A stretch of 64,000 nucleotides of DNA from Patescibacteria group bacterium (GTDB lineage: Bacteria > Patescibacteriota > Microgenomatia > UBA10105 > UBA927): NCBI GenBank assembly GCA_049322955.1, contig JBMOPU010000012.1, forward strand, positions 788,791 through 852,790, read 5' to 3'. Below the pieces are notes generated by a model. The model worked only from the letters and a program-made list of their open reading frames with translations, was not told where the DNA came from and did no database searches. Shown here one piece after another: positions 48,483-58,307 of the stretch. The position numbers and the translations under genes were made by a program. Within the stretch, counting starts at the first letter, position 1. Each line of letters starts with the position of its first letter.

Positions 48483-49496
48483 CTAATCGTACCCTTTCAT
48501 AAGACGCCTGATCGTTTCAACGGTTCGCGGAATAATGTACAGGGGAGATAACGGAATATCCTGCGCATGAGAATATTCGACCACCCTGCCCCCGAATCCC
48601 TTTTTGAACAATGTTATTCCTCGCCATGGATGATTTGGGCTGTTTTCCGGTGCTATACCCCAAAAATTGTACACTTTCATTCCTCTTTTTTTGGCATCTT
48701 TGATTGCTTCCCACTGCAGAAGTGGCGACGCGGGTACTTTTGACTGTACCGATGCGCCATGGTGATATATCGCCTGATTGCCGTAATACAGGATAATCGC
48801 CGACGCCGTCGTTTTGCCTTCATATTTGCCCAAATACAGCAAGGCCTGTTTTGCTTTCGCAAACAGCGCAAATTCTTCCCGTATGCCAACATGCGGGACA
48901 AACCCGTGGCGGTTGCTTGTCGCTTCATAGAGCGAAAAAAATTCATGAAGATATTTGCCGTCCGTGGTCGTAAAGACCGCCACCCCTTCCTTTTGCCCGC
49001 GACGCACCTCATAACGGACCGTTTTTCGCATACCGGAGAGCAACTCTTCTTCCGATTTATCAAGATCCAATACCCAGCAATACTCCCCGTCCATCCGATG
49101 CATGGCGGCGGGTATCGTGCGCAGGCGGGAAAACAGTGATGCGGTTTCGGGGGAATTCGGCAGTAAGGGACTGATCCGTATGAAGACGCATCCTAACTTT
49201 TTTGCTTCTCGGGTCAGCAGTGCAAGGGATGCTTTCCACGTAGCAATGTCCTGTTTTTCAAAAACCGGACCGTGTCGCACATGCAAGAACTTTCCCCGTT
49301 TTGCGTTGACGAGCACGGCTTGCGCGACACCTACAAGTTTGTCACCCCGGTAAAATCCGTATCGCGACACGGCAATGTGGGCGTTTTTTTGTACTTCACC
49401 CCATAACCAGCTCTGAAAAAGCGCCTGAGGACTGTGTCGGAGGATAAACCATTCCCACGTGGCGCGATCTTCGACAATACGCATGAGGAGTTTCAT
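48483..49496 (-). CDS. FemABX-family tRNA-dependent peptidoglycan aminoacyltransferase
   Basis: FQSWLWGEVQ, HGP, LDLDKSEEELL..MRK, LLQWEAI, YNFWG, FKKGFGG. Confidence 0.88.
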   Translation of the reverse strand: MKLLMRIVEDRATWEWFILRHSPQALFQSWLWGEVQKNAHIAVSRYGFYRGDKLVGVAQAVLVNAKRGKFLHVRHGPVFEKQDIATWKASLALLTREAKKLGCVFIRISPLLPNSPETASLFSRLRTIPAAMHRMDGEYCWVLDLDKSEEELLSGMRKTVRYEVRRGQKEGVAVFTTTDGKYLHEFFSLYEATSNRHGFVPHVGIREEFALFAKAKQALLYLGKYEGKTTASAIILYYGNQAIYHHGASVQSKVPASPLLQWEAIKDAKKRGMKVYNFWGIAPENSPNHPWRGITLFKKGFGGRVVEYSHAQDIPLSPLYIIPRTVETIRRLMKGYD

Positions 49497-49500
49497 ATCG

Positions 49501-50133
49501 CTATTGTACGTGAAAGGATGATTCGACGCCAATCGTCGTCATTTCACCGTGTCCGCAATACAGCATGGTACGCCCGGGGAGTTTCATCACCCGCGCTATT
49601 GACCTGACTAGCTCGGTCCTGCTCGCATACTCATGATCCGTCCGTCCCACCCCGCCGCCCGAAAAAAGTAAATCCCCGCAAAAGAGCGTATTTTCCGCCT
49701 TGTCATGGAGGCATATGCTTCCCGGGGTATGTCCCGGCGTTTCCATGACCGTCAGCTCGTGGGTACCGACGTGCAGGATGTCTCCTTCCGTAAGATACCG
49801 ACTCACCAAAGGGGCAGGATCGGATGCAACACCCAAAAAATGTCTCGCAGTCTGCGGCATTCTGGCAACCAGAAATTCATCGTTTTTATGGATTGCAAAC
49901 GGAATACCAAACCCCGCCGTCACGGCAAACGCACCCATGATGTGGTCAAAGTGACCGTGGGTTGCAACCACAAGAGACGGCGTAATTTTCTCACGAAGCA
50001 ACGTGTCGCTTATATACTCGGCATCATCCCCCGGATCCACGACGATCCCCTCGCCCGTATCACGATCGGCGAGAATATAACAATTGGTAGCCATTTGACC
50101 GACGGTAAGCGAAATGATTTTGAGCTGATGCAT
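49501..50133 (-). CDS. MBL-fold metallo-hydrolase (YcbL-like)
   Basis: THGHFDHI, PGHTPGS, GDLLF, GRTD, GHG. Confidence 0.92.
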   Translation of the reverse strand: MHQLKIISLTVGQMATNCYILADRDTGEGIVVDPGDDAEYISDTLLREKITPSLVVATHGHFDHIMGAFAVTAGFGIPFAIHKNDEFLVARMPQTARHFLGVASDPAPLVSRYLTEGDILHVGTHELTVMETPGHTPGSICLHDKAENTLFCGDLLFSGGGVGRTDHEYASRTELVRSIARVMKLPGRTMLYCGHGEMTTIGVESSFHVQ

Positions 50134-50135
50134 GG

Positions 50136-51104
50136 TTAGTCGGCAAATATTTGCGTGAACATTTTGCCGTATATGCCTCCGTCAATGACGCCGATACCGA
50201 TCCGACCGAACCGGGGTTCCAAAATATTTGCCCGATGTCCAGGGCTGTTCATGAGGCCGTCGTGCGCGCTCGTGAGATCGGGAGCGTAGGCCAAATTTTC
50301 CCCTACCACGGTGTAGGAGATCTTTGCCGCATCCATCCGATCGGCCGCGTTTTTTCCGTCGGGATCATAATGCGAAAAATATCGACGCTCGAACATATCC
50401 CGACTTTTTCCTCGGGCAACCGTGCTTATTGAAGGATCCAGGGTAAGCGGTGCAAGGCCTTTCTGCACCCGTTCTTTGTTGACGAGATCGACCATCCCCG
50501 ATTCTGCGGTGCTATCGGTAGTATAGACGATGCCGCGAGCCGGAATATCAAGCGGTATTTGCTGTTTTGAACCCGGCTCCACCGTAAGGAAGGTGACGGC
50601 CTTTTTTGCGGCCTGCGAAATCGATGAGGTAATATCACCCGCATAACGCTGTGCAATCCGTATCAATGCGCTCCCTATGAAGGATGCGTTAATATCCTGT
50701 TTTATTGTGCCCCGTAGCGGAAGGGCAAGAATCAAAAGCAGGAAAAAAGTAACCAGAATGCACCCGTTAACCGCGGAAAGAAACGCGCCGATAATCTGAT
50801 TGATTTTTGACGCATGGAGTTTGTCGGGCAATCTATTGATTCCGAACAGCAATACTTCTTCAATGACAAGCTGAGCGATGAGGGCAACACCCGCATACCC
50901 CACAACCGAAGTCCAAGCGGGAGTAATACCGAATTTTTCGCCGAGAAAAGTTCCGACGACGCCCTGATAGCGTATGGCAAGCCAAAGGGAACCGATGAAC
51001 GAAAATAAATTGGCGATAAGCGTCAGACTGCCGCGAATCCACCCTTCATACAAGTGATACAGGATAACAATGACGATGATAGCGTCTATCCAATAAAGTT
51101 GCAT
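50136..51104 (-). CDS. CvpA-CAP (SCP) fusion protein
   Basis: N-terminal CvpA-like 4 TM; C-terminal YFSH, GENLA, LMNSPGHRANIL. Confidence 0.88.
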   Translation of the reverse strand: MQLYWIDAIIVIVILYHLYEGWIRGSLTLIANLFSFIGSLWLAIRYQGVVGTFLGEKFGITPAWTSVVGYAGVALIAQLVIEEVLLFGINRLPDKLHASKINQIIGAFLSAVNGCILVTFFLLLILALPLRGTIKQDINASFIGSALIRIAQRYAGDITSSISQAAKKAVTFLTVEPGSKQQIPLDIPARGIVYTTDSTAESGMVDLVNKERVQKGLAPLTLDPSISTVARGKSRDMFERRYFSHYDPDGKNAADRMDAAKISYTVVGENLAYAPDLTSAHDGLMNSPGHRANILEPRFGRIGIGVIDGGIYGKMFTQIFAD

Positions 51105-51107
51105 TGG

Positions 51108-52349
51108 TTAGCGAAGTTTCCGGACAAGCGAAACGACTGCGTTGGCATCCTTCCCGCTTATCAGGGTGGGAAGATTGACTACTCTTGATGCGGCGGATTC
51201 CGCAACGGGACAACTTCCCTTTTTATAGCCGATACTGATAAATGCAACACCCCGGGGATCGATAATATTATTATACCAATTTCCCAAAAGCACCCCCTGT
51301 TTTTTCGCTTTCGACCTCATACGTTCCGGGTTAGCCACTTCAATGGTATATCGTAAAGGGGCACTGCCATTTGTCAGTTTGGGCAGGGTGATACCGGGCA
51401 GAGTAGCAAGCGATTCGGCGTAATATGACGCAATCGATTGGCGCATCTTCGTGTAGCGGGTAAGTTTTTTCAGTTGTCCGATAAGCAAATAGGCAAGCGC
51501 CTCGGGATATTTTGCCGGAAACAACAACGGTTTGCCCCCTGTTTTTTCCGTCGCAAACACCGGAAACGATAACAACCGCATTCGTTGCATAAGAAATAAA
51601 AGCAGTTTTCCTATGCCAAGTCGGTACATCGGCAGAATGAGCGCAAAGAGTATCGGATGTAAAAGTTGCTGGGCAATCCAACCGGCGTTTGGTTGCGGTA
51701 CGCGTTCGTGATAGCGGGAAAGCGCATCCACCGCTTTTTTGTGTCTGGCGCGGATAACCGCCGCTCCTCCCCACACGCTGGAAAGCGATTTATCACGACC
51801 GAAACTGAAAAAAGCCGCATCACCCAAGGTGCCCAAGGGCGTATCGTTGCATCGTGATCCCAGCGCATGGGCACAATCCTCGATAAGCAGAAGATTATGC
51901 TTTTTGGCGATGACAAGAAGCGAGTCCATATCGGCAGGGACACCGAACGTATGTTGCACGATAATCGCTTTTGTTTTTCGGCTGACGCATTTTTCTACCG
52001 ATCGCGGTGCGCTATTGTAGGTCCCGTCGATATCCGCATAGACGGGGGTCGCCCCCGCCCACAGCACGCCGTTGGGAACGGCGACACACGTGAATGCCTG
52101 TACGATCACCTCGTCTCCTTCTCCTATACCGAAACTCTTGAGGATTACAAACAGCGCACTGCGTCCGCTATTGAAAAAAAATGGACGATCCCCGTTCCCC
52201 AAATATTCGGCAAACCAACGGGTAACCTCGGCGAGACTTCCTCCCCGTTGCCACCGCCACGGCGTCAAAAACATACCGAATGCGCGCAGGACATCATCCC
52301 CTTCGGTATTGGGAGACAACGAGGCTGATATGACGCGAGCAATACCCAT
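51108..52349 (-). CDS. DegT/DnrJ/EryC1/StrS-family PLP aminotransferase
   Basis: SGRSAL, QAFTCVAV, QHTFG, IEDCAHALG, FSFGRDK, NLPT. Confidence 0.88.
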   Translation of the reverse strand: MGIARVISASLSPNTEGDDVLRAFGMFLTPWRWQRGGSLAEVTRWFAEYLGNGDRPFFFNSGRSALFVILKSFGIGEGDEVIVQAFTCVAVPNGVLWAGATPVYADIDGTYNSAPRSVEKCVSRKTKAIIVQHTFGVPADMDSLLVIAKKHNLLLIEDCAHALGSRCNDTPLGTLGDAAFFSFGRDKSLSSVWGGAAVIRARHKKAVDALSRYHERVPQPNAGWIAQQLLHPILFALILPMYRLGIGKLLLFLMQRMRLLSFPVFATEKTGGKPLLFPAKYPEALAYLLIGQLKKLTRYTKMRQSIASYYAESLATLPGITLPKLTNGSAPLRYTIEVANPERMRSKAKKQGVLLGNWYNNIIDPRGVAFISIGYKKGSCPVAESAASRVVNLPTLISGKDANAVVSLVRKLR

Positions 52350-52354
52350 AGCGG

Positions 52355-53953
52355 TTATACAAGCAGATGCAATGCGTGTTCGGCATCTTTTCCCTTAAAA
52401 AGCACGACATCGCCTTTCCGCACCGTATCACGAATATACGTGGCAATCGGTGACGGAGGACGGATATATACGGGACATTTCGGAGAAACTTTTTTGACGC
52501 CTTTGATAAACGATTCGGAAAAATTACCGTTTGTCAGGAAGATGACATCGCAATGCTTTGCGGCAACCTCTCCCACCGCCTCATGTGAACTCTGTGCATA
52601 TGCGCCCAACTCTACCATCGGTTGAAACACCATAATGCGTTTTCCATTTTGATCGCCCAGAAAACGAATCGCCGCCATGGCCGCATCGGGATTGTTATTG
52701 AACGTATCATCGATAAATATGCTTCCGTTCACTCCGGGTCGAACCCGCATGACTTTTTCGGCGGGACTGACCGTACTTGCCGCTTTTGCCGCAGACCGAA
52801 AATCCATCCCGACTGCCACCGCTCCCGCAATCGCCGCCAAAATGTTTCCCGCCTGGTGCACCCCTACGACGGGTGCGTGGACGGATATTTTTTGTGACTT
52901 GTACCTGCATTCAAAGCGAACGCCGGTGATATCCGAACGGATATTGTCGCCGTAAAATATTTCGTCGGCGAGCACGGCGTGATTTTTATGAGGCTCCCGT
53001 ACCGTCCATCCCCAGACGACACATCCGTCGCGTCGTGCCCACTGTGCCATGGTGCATACCCTATGGTCATCCAAGTTAACTATCACGACGCGCTTCCCGA
53101 CCAACCCTTGTACCAGTTCATATTTGGCCTGCATCGTTGTTTCGATGGAACCGAATAAATCCTGGTGTTGGGGATTGATGGCCGTGAGTATGCCGACTTC
53201 CGGATGAACCATGGCGGCCATTTCCCCTATTTCCCCCGGTCGGTATGCTCCCATTTCCACCACAAATACCTCATCATCGGCCGAAAGTTTCCGCAGGAGC
53301 AATTCAGCAATTCCTATCGGCGAATTTTTGCTCGCTTCGGTTTTTATCGTCTTATGCCCCGTGGCAAGAATTGCCGAGACATATTCTTTGACGGAGGTCT
53401 TTCCGTAACTGCCCGTGATGCCTATGACCGCCATTTTTTTGTGTCTGGAAAGTACTCCTATGGCCTGGCGAATTTTTATACGGTGGTATATCCGCGTCGG
53501 TATGGTCAGAAGTACGACGATAATCGTACTCACGGGAAACAGCAAAAGATCGGTGATCGCAAGAGAAACGATCCACGGAAACGGCATAACAAACGGAGCG
53601 ATAATGAACGTTCCAACGAGGACCCCCCCCAACAGGATAACTTTCGGGGAAACGGGCGGCAGATGCCAATTCCTTATACTTCGTACGTACATCCCTCCCA
53701 CGACCGCATAAAAAACCGCCAACAACGCTATCGAAATGTCCCGCAGACCGGGAACCGATGCGAGCATAAGGAGGAATATCGCAAGAAGGTGCGTTTTGGC
53801 AAAAAGCAATGTCTTGCCCTGTGCCGTCCCCATGTGAATGCGCATCCTATCGATACGGTATTCTTTGCGCCACCATAAAAAGAGCAAGCCGGCAATCTTG
53901 TGACCTGCTCGGGCGGCAAAACCGATACCTCCCAATGTTACAAGTAGTTCCAT
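52355..53953 (-). CDS. murF: MurF-like Mur ligase with N-terminal multi-TM domain
   Basis: KEYRIDR plus TM region, GITGSYGKTS, VEMGAY..GEI, DDTFNNNP, MVELG. Confidence 0.82.
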   Translation of the reverse strand: MELLVTLGGIGFAARAGHKIAGLLFLWWRKEYRIDRMRIHMGTAQGKTLLFAKTHLLAIFLLMLASVPGLRDISIALLAVFYAVVGGMYVRSIRNWHLPPVSPKVILLGGVLVGTFIIAPFVMPFPWIVSLAITDLLLFPVSTIIVVLLTIPTRIYHRIKIRQAIGVLSRHKKMAVIGITGSYGKTSVKEYVSAILATGHKTIKTEASKNSPIGIAELLLRKLSADDEVFVVEMGAYRPGEIGEMAAMVHPEVGILTAINPQHQDLFGSIETTMQAKYELVQGLVGKRVVIVNLDDHRVCTMAQWARRDGCVVWGWTVREPHKNHAVLADEIFYGDNIRSDITGVRFECRYKSQKISVHAPVVGVHQAGNILAAIAGAVAVGMDFRSAAKAASTVSPAEKVMRVRPGVNGSIFIDDTFNNNPDAAMAAIRFLGDQNGKRIMVFQPMVELGAYAQSSHEAVGEVAAKHCDVIFLTNGNFSESFIKGVKKVSPKCPVYIRPPSPIATYIRDTVRKGDVVLFKGKDAEHALHLLV

Positions 53954-53954
53954 A

Positions 53955-54671
53955 TCACGTTTGCAAAAATGCCATGACGCGAGCGGCAAATTCCGCGGGG
54001 TGTTCAAACGGAACGGCGTGGGTCATTTCCGGCATGATGATGAGCCGGGAGCCTTGAATGGTATCGCGCATTCGTTCCGCAACTGAAACGGGGACAATCG
54101 TGTCGTTTTGTCCCCACACCAGGAGGCAGGGTACGGCAACCGATCGCATGGCCGTCGATAAGTCATCCGCCACGATATATTTAAACGTTTGTCGCATCGC
54201 GCCTTCGGCGCGTAAAAATTCTCTGGCACCGGCAATGTAGTACAACCATTTACGGGCACCGTCCGCGATATGCCGTAACCCCGGGAGCTGAAAAATAATT
54301 CCCCCGATTTTCGAAATAATCAGGAAAAAACGCAGTTTTTTTGAAGGGATAGGACTGTAACCCGGCGTACCCGTCAACACGATTTTTTTGACTCGTGAAG
54401 GATACAGCTCGGCGTATTTCAACGAAACTCTCCCGCCGAATGAATGGCCGACGAGAATGGGATTTTTTATCGTATGTTTTGTAATATACCGATGAAGAAA
54501 TTCCGCATAATCCGAAACATGCCAGGCGACATCGGGGGCTTTTTCATCTCCGAATCCCGGCATATCCGGGGCAAAGACGCGGAATCCCGCCTTACGAAAT
54601 CTGTCGGCAAGGGCAGGAAATCGCTTCCCCGAAAGGTTCCAGCCGTGAAGAATAATAAGATCCTGTTTCAT
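53955..54671 (-). CDS. Alpha/beta hydrolase
   Basis: LHGW, DMPGFG, GHSFGG, WGQND, terminal His. Confidence 0.9.
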   Translation of the reverse strand: MKQDLIILHGWNLSGKRFPALADRFRKAGFRVFAPDMPGFGDEKAPDVAWHVSDYAEFLHRYITKHTIKNPILVGHSFGGRVSLKYAELYPSRVKKIVLTGTPGYSPIPSKKLRFFLIISKIGGIIFQLPGLRHIADGARKWLYYIAGAREFLRAEGAMRQTFKYIVADDLSTAMRSVAVPCLLVWGQNDTIVPVSVAERMRDTIQGSRLIIMPEMTHAVPFEHPAEFAARVMAFLQT

Positions 54672-54677
54672 AGGGCG

Positions 54678-55988
54678 TCAGATTTTTGCTTTATATTTGT
54701 CCCGGTTATTCGTACCCACTGCACGGGTATTTTTTTTGACGACGAGGGTGCTTTTTCCGGTACAAAACGAATCGGCGGGAATATCGGCATCAAGCAAAAT
54801 GCCCGCTCCTATCAGGGAATTTGCACCTATTTTGACACCGGGCATAACACTCGCATTTACCCCTATGCGTACCCCTCTGGCTATCATGGCACCCAATTTT
54901 GTTTTTTTGGTATTTATTTTTTGTTCTCCGACAACGGAGTGTATTTCCCCTTCATCGAGCCGCAGGTTGGCAAGCACCGATCCCGAACCCATACTGACAT
55001 CGCCTTCAAGAACACTGTCGCCGACATAGTTACTGTGGAACCAGCAGTTGTCGCCGATATAGCTTCTCGTGATATCGGTGTTAAACCCGGTAACGCAATT
55101 TTCACCGATAATGCTGTCTCGAATGATATTATTATTGCCCACGATCGTGTTGTCTCCGATATACACCGGCCCCACGATCTTCGTGTTTTCAAAAATCTTC
55201 ACGTTATTCCCCAAATATACGGGGCCTTCAATACTTACGTTGTTTCGTATTTCCACTCGCTTTCCCCGACCGGCAACCAATCGGTGGGTGAGTAAATACT
55301 CGGTCATATCCAGTACATGCCAGGGATATTTTAGCGAAACAAACTCACGCTCATAGGGCACCATCACGAATCGATCCTTTGCCATAAGCGCGGTGAGGGC
55401 ATGCTCGTACCTATCGTCGGTTTGCTCCGGAGCAGATTCGATGGCGGCAATCAGACTGTCGGCGTCGGCGATATATTGTCCGCCGAAGTACACGTACTCG
55501 CTCGGCGTCTTACCCTCACCGGGTTTTTCTTTGATACCCACAGGTCTCCCCTCACGAAACACCAGATATCCCCCGGGGAAATACTGCTTCGGTTTCCAAC
55601 CTACGATAACGCCGGATACGTCCGGTCTGACACTTTGTAACACCGTATCAATGAGGCGATCATCCGCCACATCGTCTCCGATGACGACGAGGATTGCTTT
55701 CTTCCGAAGTTCGTTTTTTGCGGCAAGAAGCGCTCCTGCCATACCGGTTGCTTCTTTTTGCACAACCACGGTGTGCGGCACGGGGAAATGCATTGCTTCA
55801 AACGTTTCAAGGTTACGCTCGCTTACCACAAGTACGAGACGAACCACTTCAGGCGGTAATTTGTTCGGCAGGGCATAATCGATGACTTTTTTTCCGAGAA
55901 ACGGGAAGAGGGTTTTGTCGGTACGAAACGGCGCAAACCGCTTGCCGATACCCGCCGTGAGTACCACCATCGTAACATCGCGTTTCAT
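54678..55988 (-). CDS. glmU: Bifunctional sugar-1-phosphate nucleotidyltransferase/acetyltransferase (archaeal GlmU-like)
   Basis: LTAGIGKRF, KEKP, YPW, hexapeptide repeats, HSNYVGDSV, ANLRLD, KLGA. Confidence 0.8.
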   Translation of the reverse strand: MKRDVTMVVLTAGIGKRFAPFRTDKTLFPFLGKKVIDYALPNKLPPEVVRLVLVVSERNLETFEAMHFPVPHTVVVQKEATGMAGALLAAKNELRKKAILVVIGDDVADDRLIDTVLQSVRPDVSGVIVGWKPKQYFPGGYLVFREGRPVGIKEKPGEGKTPSEYVYFGGQYIADADSLIAAIESAPEQTDDRYEHALTALMAKDRFVMVPYEREFVSLKYPWHVLDMTEYLLTHRLVAGRGKRVEIRNNVSIEGPVYLGNNVKIFENTKIVGPVYIGDNTIVGNNNIIRDSIIGENCVTGFNTDITRSYIGDNCWFHSNYVGDSVLEGDVSMGSGSVLANLRLDEGEIHSVVGEQKINTKKTKLGAMIARGVRIGVNASVMPGVKIGANSLIGAGILLDADIPADSFCTGKSTLVVKKNTRAVGTNNRDKYKAKI

Positions 55989-57325
55989 GGCAACTGCTCC
56001 TTTTTCCGGCTGATGGTCGCACCTACGGAACTCAACCGGCCTTCAAGGTCTTCATAACCGCGATCGATAAGATCAACGTTGTGGATATAGCTTTCGCCCG
56101 AAGCGACAAGCGCCGCAAGAACAAGCGACGCCCCCGCCCGGATATCATCGGCTGAAAGCACGGCGTTATGAAGCGTCGACTTTCCGTGAATTCGTATGCC
56201 CTGATGATACCCTTCTTTCCGGTCTTCCCAATTGAAGTTATAAAAATCGGGAGGATTTTTCACCTCGGGGTCGTAAAAGGTTATATCGGCACCCATTTTC
56301 ATAAGCTCTCCCACATATGAAAATCTGCTTTCAAACACCGTTTCGTGAATCGTCGAGGTACCTTCAGCCTGCGTCATAAATACCGCCCACGGCGCCTGCC
56401 AATCGGTCATAAATCCCGGATGCGGGAGCGTAACGATGTCCGTCCCCGTAAGGCGGCCGCCGCTTCTGTACCGGGTGCTCGTTTCATCTATCGGCTCATA
56501 CACCCCGCCCGCCTGTGCAAATACGGACAAAAATGAGGAAAGGTGTTTTCGTTGGGATCCGGTGACGATAAGATCTCCTCCCGTAATAGCCGCCGCGATG
56601 GCAAACGTTACCTCTTCATTTCGGTCAGGCATGATGGTGTACTCGACGCCGTGCAGTTTATCCACTCCCTCGATGACAATGGTTCGGGGAGTCGTGCGCC
56701 GAATGTTTGCACCCATAAGGTTAAGACAGTCGATGAGGTCATCGACTTCCACTTCTTCCGCGGCATTTTCTATGACGGTTTGTCCTTTTGCAAGCACCGC
56801 GGCCAATATGATAGTTTCGGTGCCGGTGTGCGTATTTTTCGGGAATGTCACGGTAGCACCGTGAAGCCCTGTAGCCGTTGCATGAAAAAATCCGTCTTCC
56901 GAATTGTAGTCAATGACGGCTCCCATATCCCGAAGTCCCACTATATGGCGGTCAATCGGACGCGCGCCCAACCTGCATCCGCCGGGATTGGGAACATGTG
57001 CTTTGCCGTATCGTGCAAGAAGCGGACCCAATACCATCGAAGAGGTCCGAAGCCGTGCGCCGATATCAAGAGGAACAAGCGGTTCACTCGCCATGGTACC
57101 GTTTTTTATGACCAAATCATGCCGGGTAAATACGGCGGAAACCCCCAAACTCTTCAGGACTTCGATAAGGGAAAACACGTCCTTAAGATGCGGGACGTTG
57201 TGAATAATGATTTCCTCGTCGGTGAGGAGGGATGCGATAAGGATCTTCAAGGCGACATTTTTTGCGCCCTCAACATGAATCGTACCGGTTAGCGGATTGC
57301 CGCCTTTGATGATAAACGTATCCAT
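55985..57325 (-). CDS. murA: UDP-GlcNAc 1-carboxyvinyltransferase
   Basis: GAKN, PGGCRLGARPIDRH, PHPGFMTD, DIRAG, IDRGYE. Confidence 0.96.
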   Translation of the reverse strand: MDTFIIKGGNPLTGTIHVEGAKNVALKILIASLLTDEEIIIHNVPHLKDVFSLIEVLKSLGVSAVFTRHDLVIKNGTMASEPLVPLDIGARLRTSSMVLGPLLARYGKAHVPNPGGCRLGARPIDRHIVGLRDMGAVIDYNSEDGFFHATATGLHGATVTFPKNTHTGTETIILAAVLAKGQTVIENAAEEVEVDDLIDCLNLMGANIRRTTPRTIVIEGVDKLHGVEYTIMPDRNEEVTFAIAAAITGGDLIVTGSQRKHLSSFLSVFAQAGGVYEPIDETSTRYRSGGRLTGTDIVTLPHPGFMTDWQAPWAVFMTQAEGTSTIHETVFESRFSYVGELMKMGADITFYDPEVKNPPDFYNFNWEDRKEGYHQGIRIHGKSTLHNAVLSADDIRAGASLVLAALVASGESYIHNVDLIDRGYEDLEGRLSSVGATISRKKEQLP

Positions 57326-57326
57326 A

Positions 57327-58307
57327 TCAGAATTCTCCCACCCGTATAATCTCTTCTTCGAGACTCACGCCGAATTTTTCCTTCACGGCTGTTCTTGCCG
57401 CCTCGATTAATTCTACCACGTCGACTGCCGTTGCATTTTTTCTGTTGATGATAAAGTTTGCATGCACCGGCGAAATTTCCGCGTCTCCGATCACTTTTCC
57501 TTTCATCCCCGCGTGATCGACCAAAAAGCCCGCCGATGTCGTGTAGTTGGGGGTTGCGGCGGTAAGTGCCGATGCTTTGGAAATGTTTTTGAACGTACAT
57601 CCCGCGGAAAATACCCCCTGGGGCTGTGTTTCCCTGCGATACCCGATGCTTTCGTTTGCTACCTGCCACAGTCGGTCTTTTTCATCCTGGACAAGGGCAA
57701 AGGTGACCGAAACGACGATATCACCCGTTTTTTGCAGGGCGCTATAGTCGTATGCAAAGTCGAAGTAATCCCGCGATACGATCTTGCGTTCCCCTTCCGG
57801 AGTGAGGAGTTCCGCCTGATACACCACGTCTCCCACGTAGCCTACCGGTTTCGTCCATTTGGAATTCATAAACGTCGCCCCTCCCACGCTCCCGGGAAGA
57901 CCCAGTTGCATCTCAAGCCCCGATAATCCTTCTTCTATCGTAAATCGCACCAGCTTGTTCATCGAAACTCCCGCATCCGCCTCGACAAAGACCGTTTTTT
58001 TCTTTGCTCCCTGTTCCACTGACCCACGGATCCCCCTGATCGTAATTGCCTGTGATGAATTTTTTATGACAATCCCCCGTATACCGCGATCTCCGATGAG
58101 AATGTTTGTCCCGCCGCCCATGACAAAAAGCGGCAACCCCGTTGCCCTGGCAAGGGATACTGCCGTAATAAATTCTTCTTTGGTTTTTGCCTCATAAAAG
58201 TAATCGGCCGGCCCGCCGATTTTGAAGGTGGTGTAGCGGGCAAGCGGCTCCTGTTCTTTCACTTTCGGAGCGAGTCGGCTTAAAAACTCATACAGTCTGT
58301 CCGTCAT
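57327..58307 (-). CDS. murB: UDP-N-acetylenolpyruvoylglucosamine reductase
   Basis: TTFKIGGPA, GGGTN, LPGSVGG, SAGCTFKN, HANFIIN. Confidence 0.95.
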   Translation of the reverse strand: MTDRLYEFLSRLAPKVKEQEPLARYTTFKIGGPADYFYEAKTKEEFITAVSLARATGLPLFVMGGGTNILIGDRGIRGIVIKNSSQAITIRGIRGSVEQGAKKKTVFVEADAGVSMNKLVRFTIEEGLSGLEMQLGLPGSVGGATFMNSKWTKPVGYVGDVVYQAELLTPEGERKIVSRDYFDFAYDYSALQKTGDIVVSVTFALVQDEKDRLWQVANESIGYRRETQPQGVFSAGCTFKNISKASALTAATPNYTTSAGFLVDHAGMKGKVIGDAEISPVHANFIINRKNATAVDVVELIEAARTAVKEKFGVSLEEEIIRVGEF

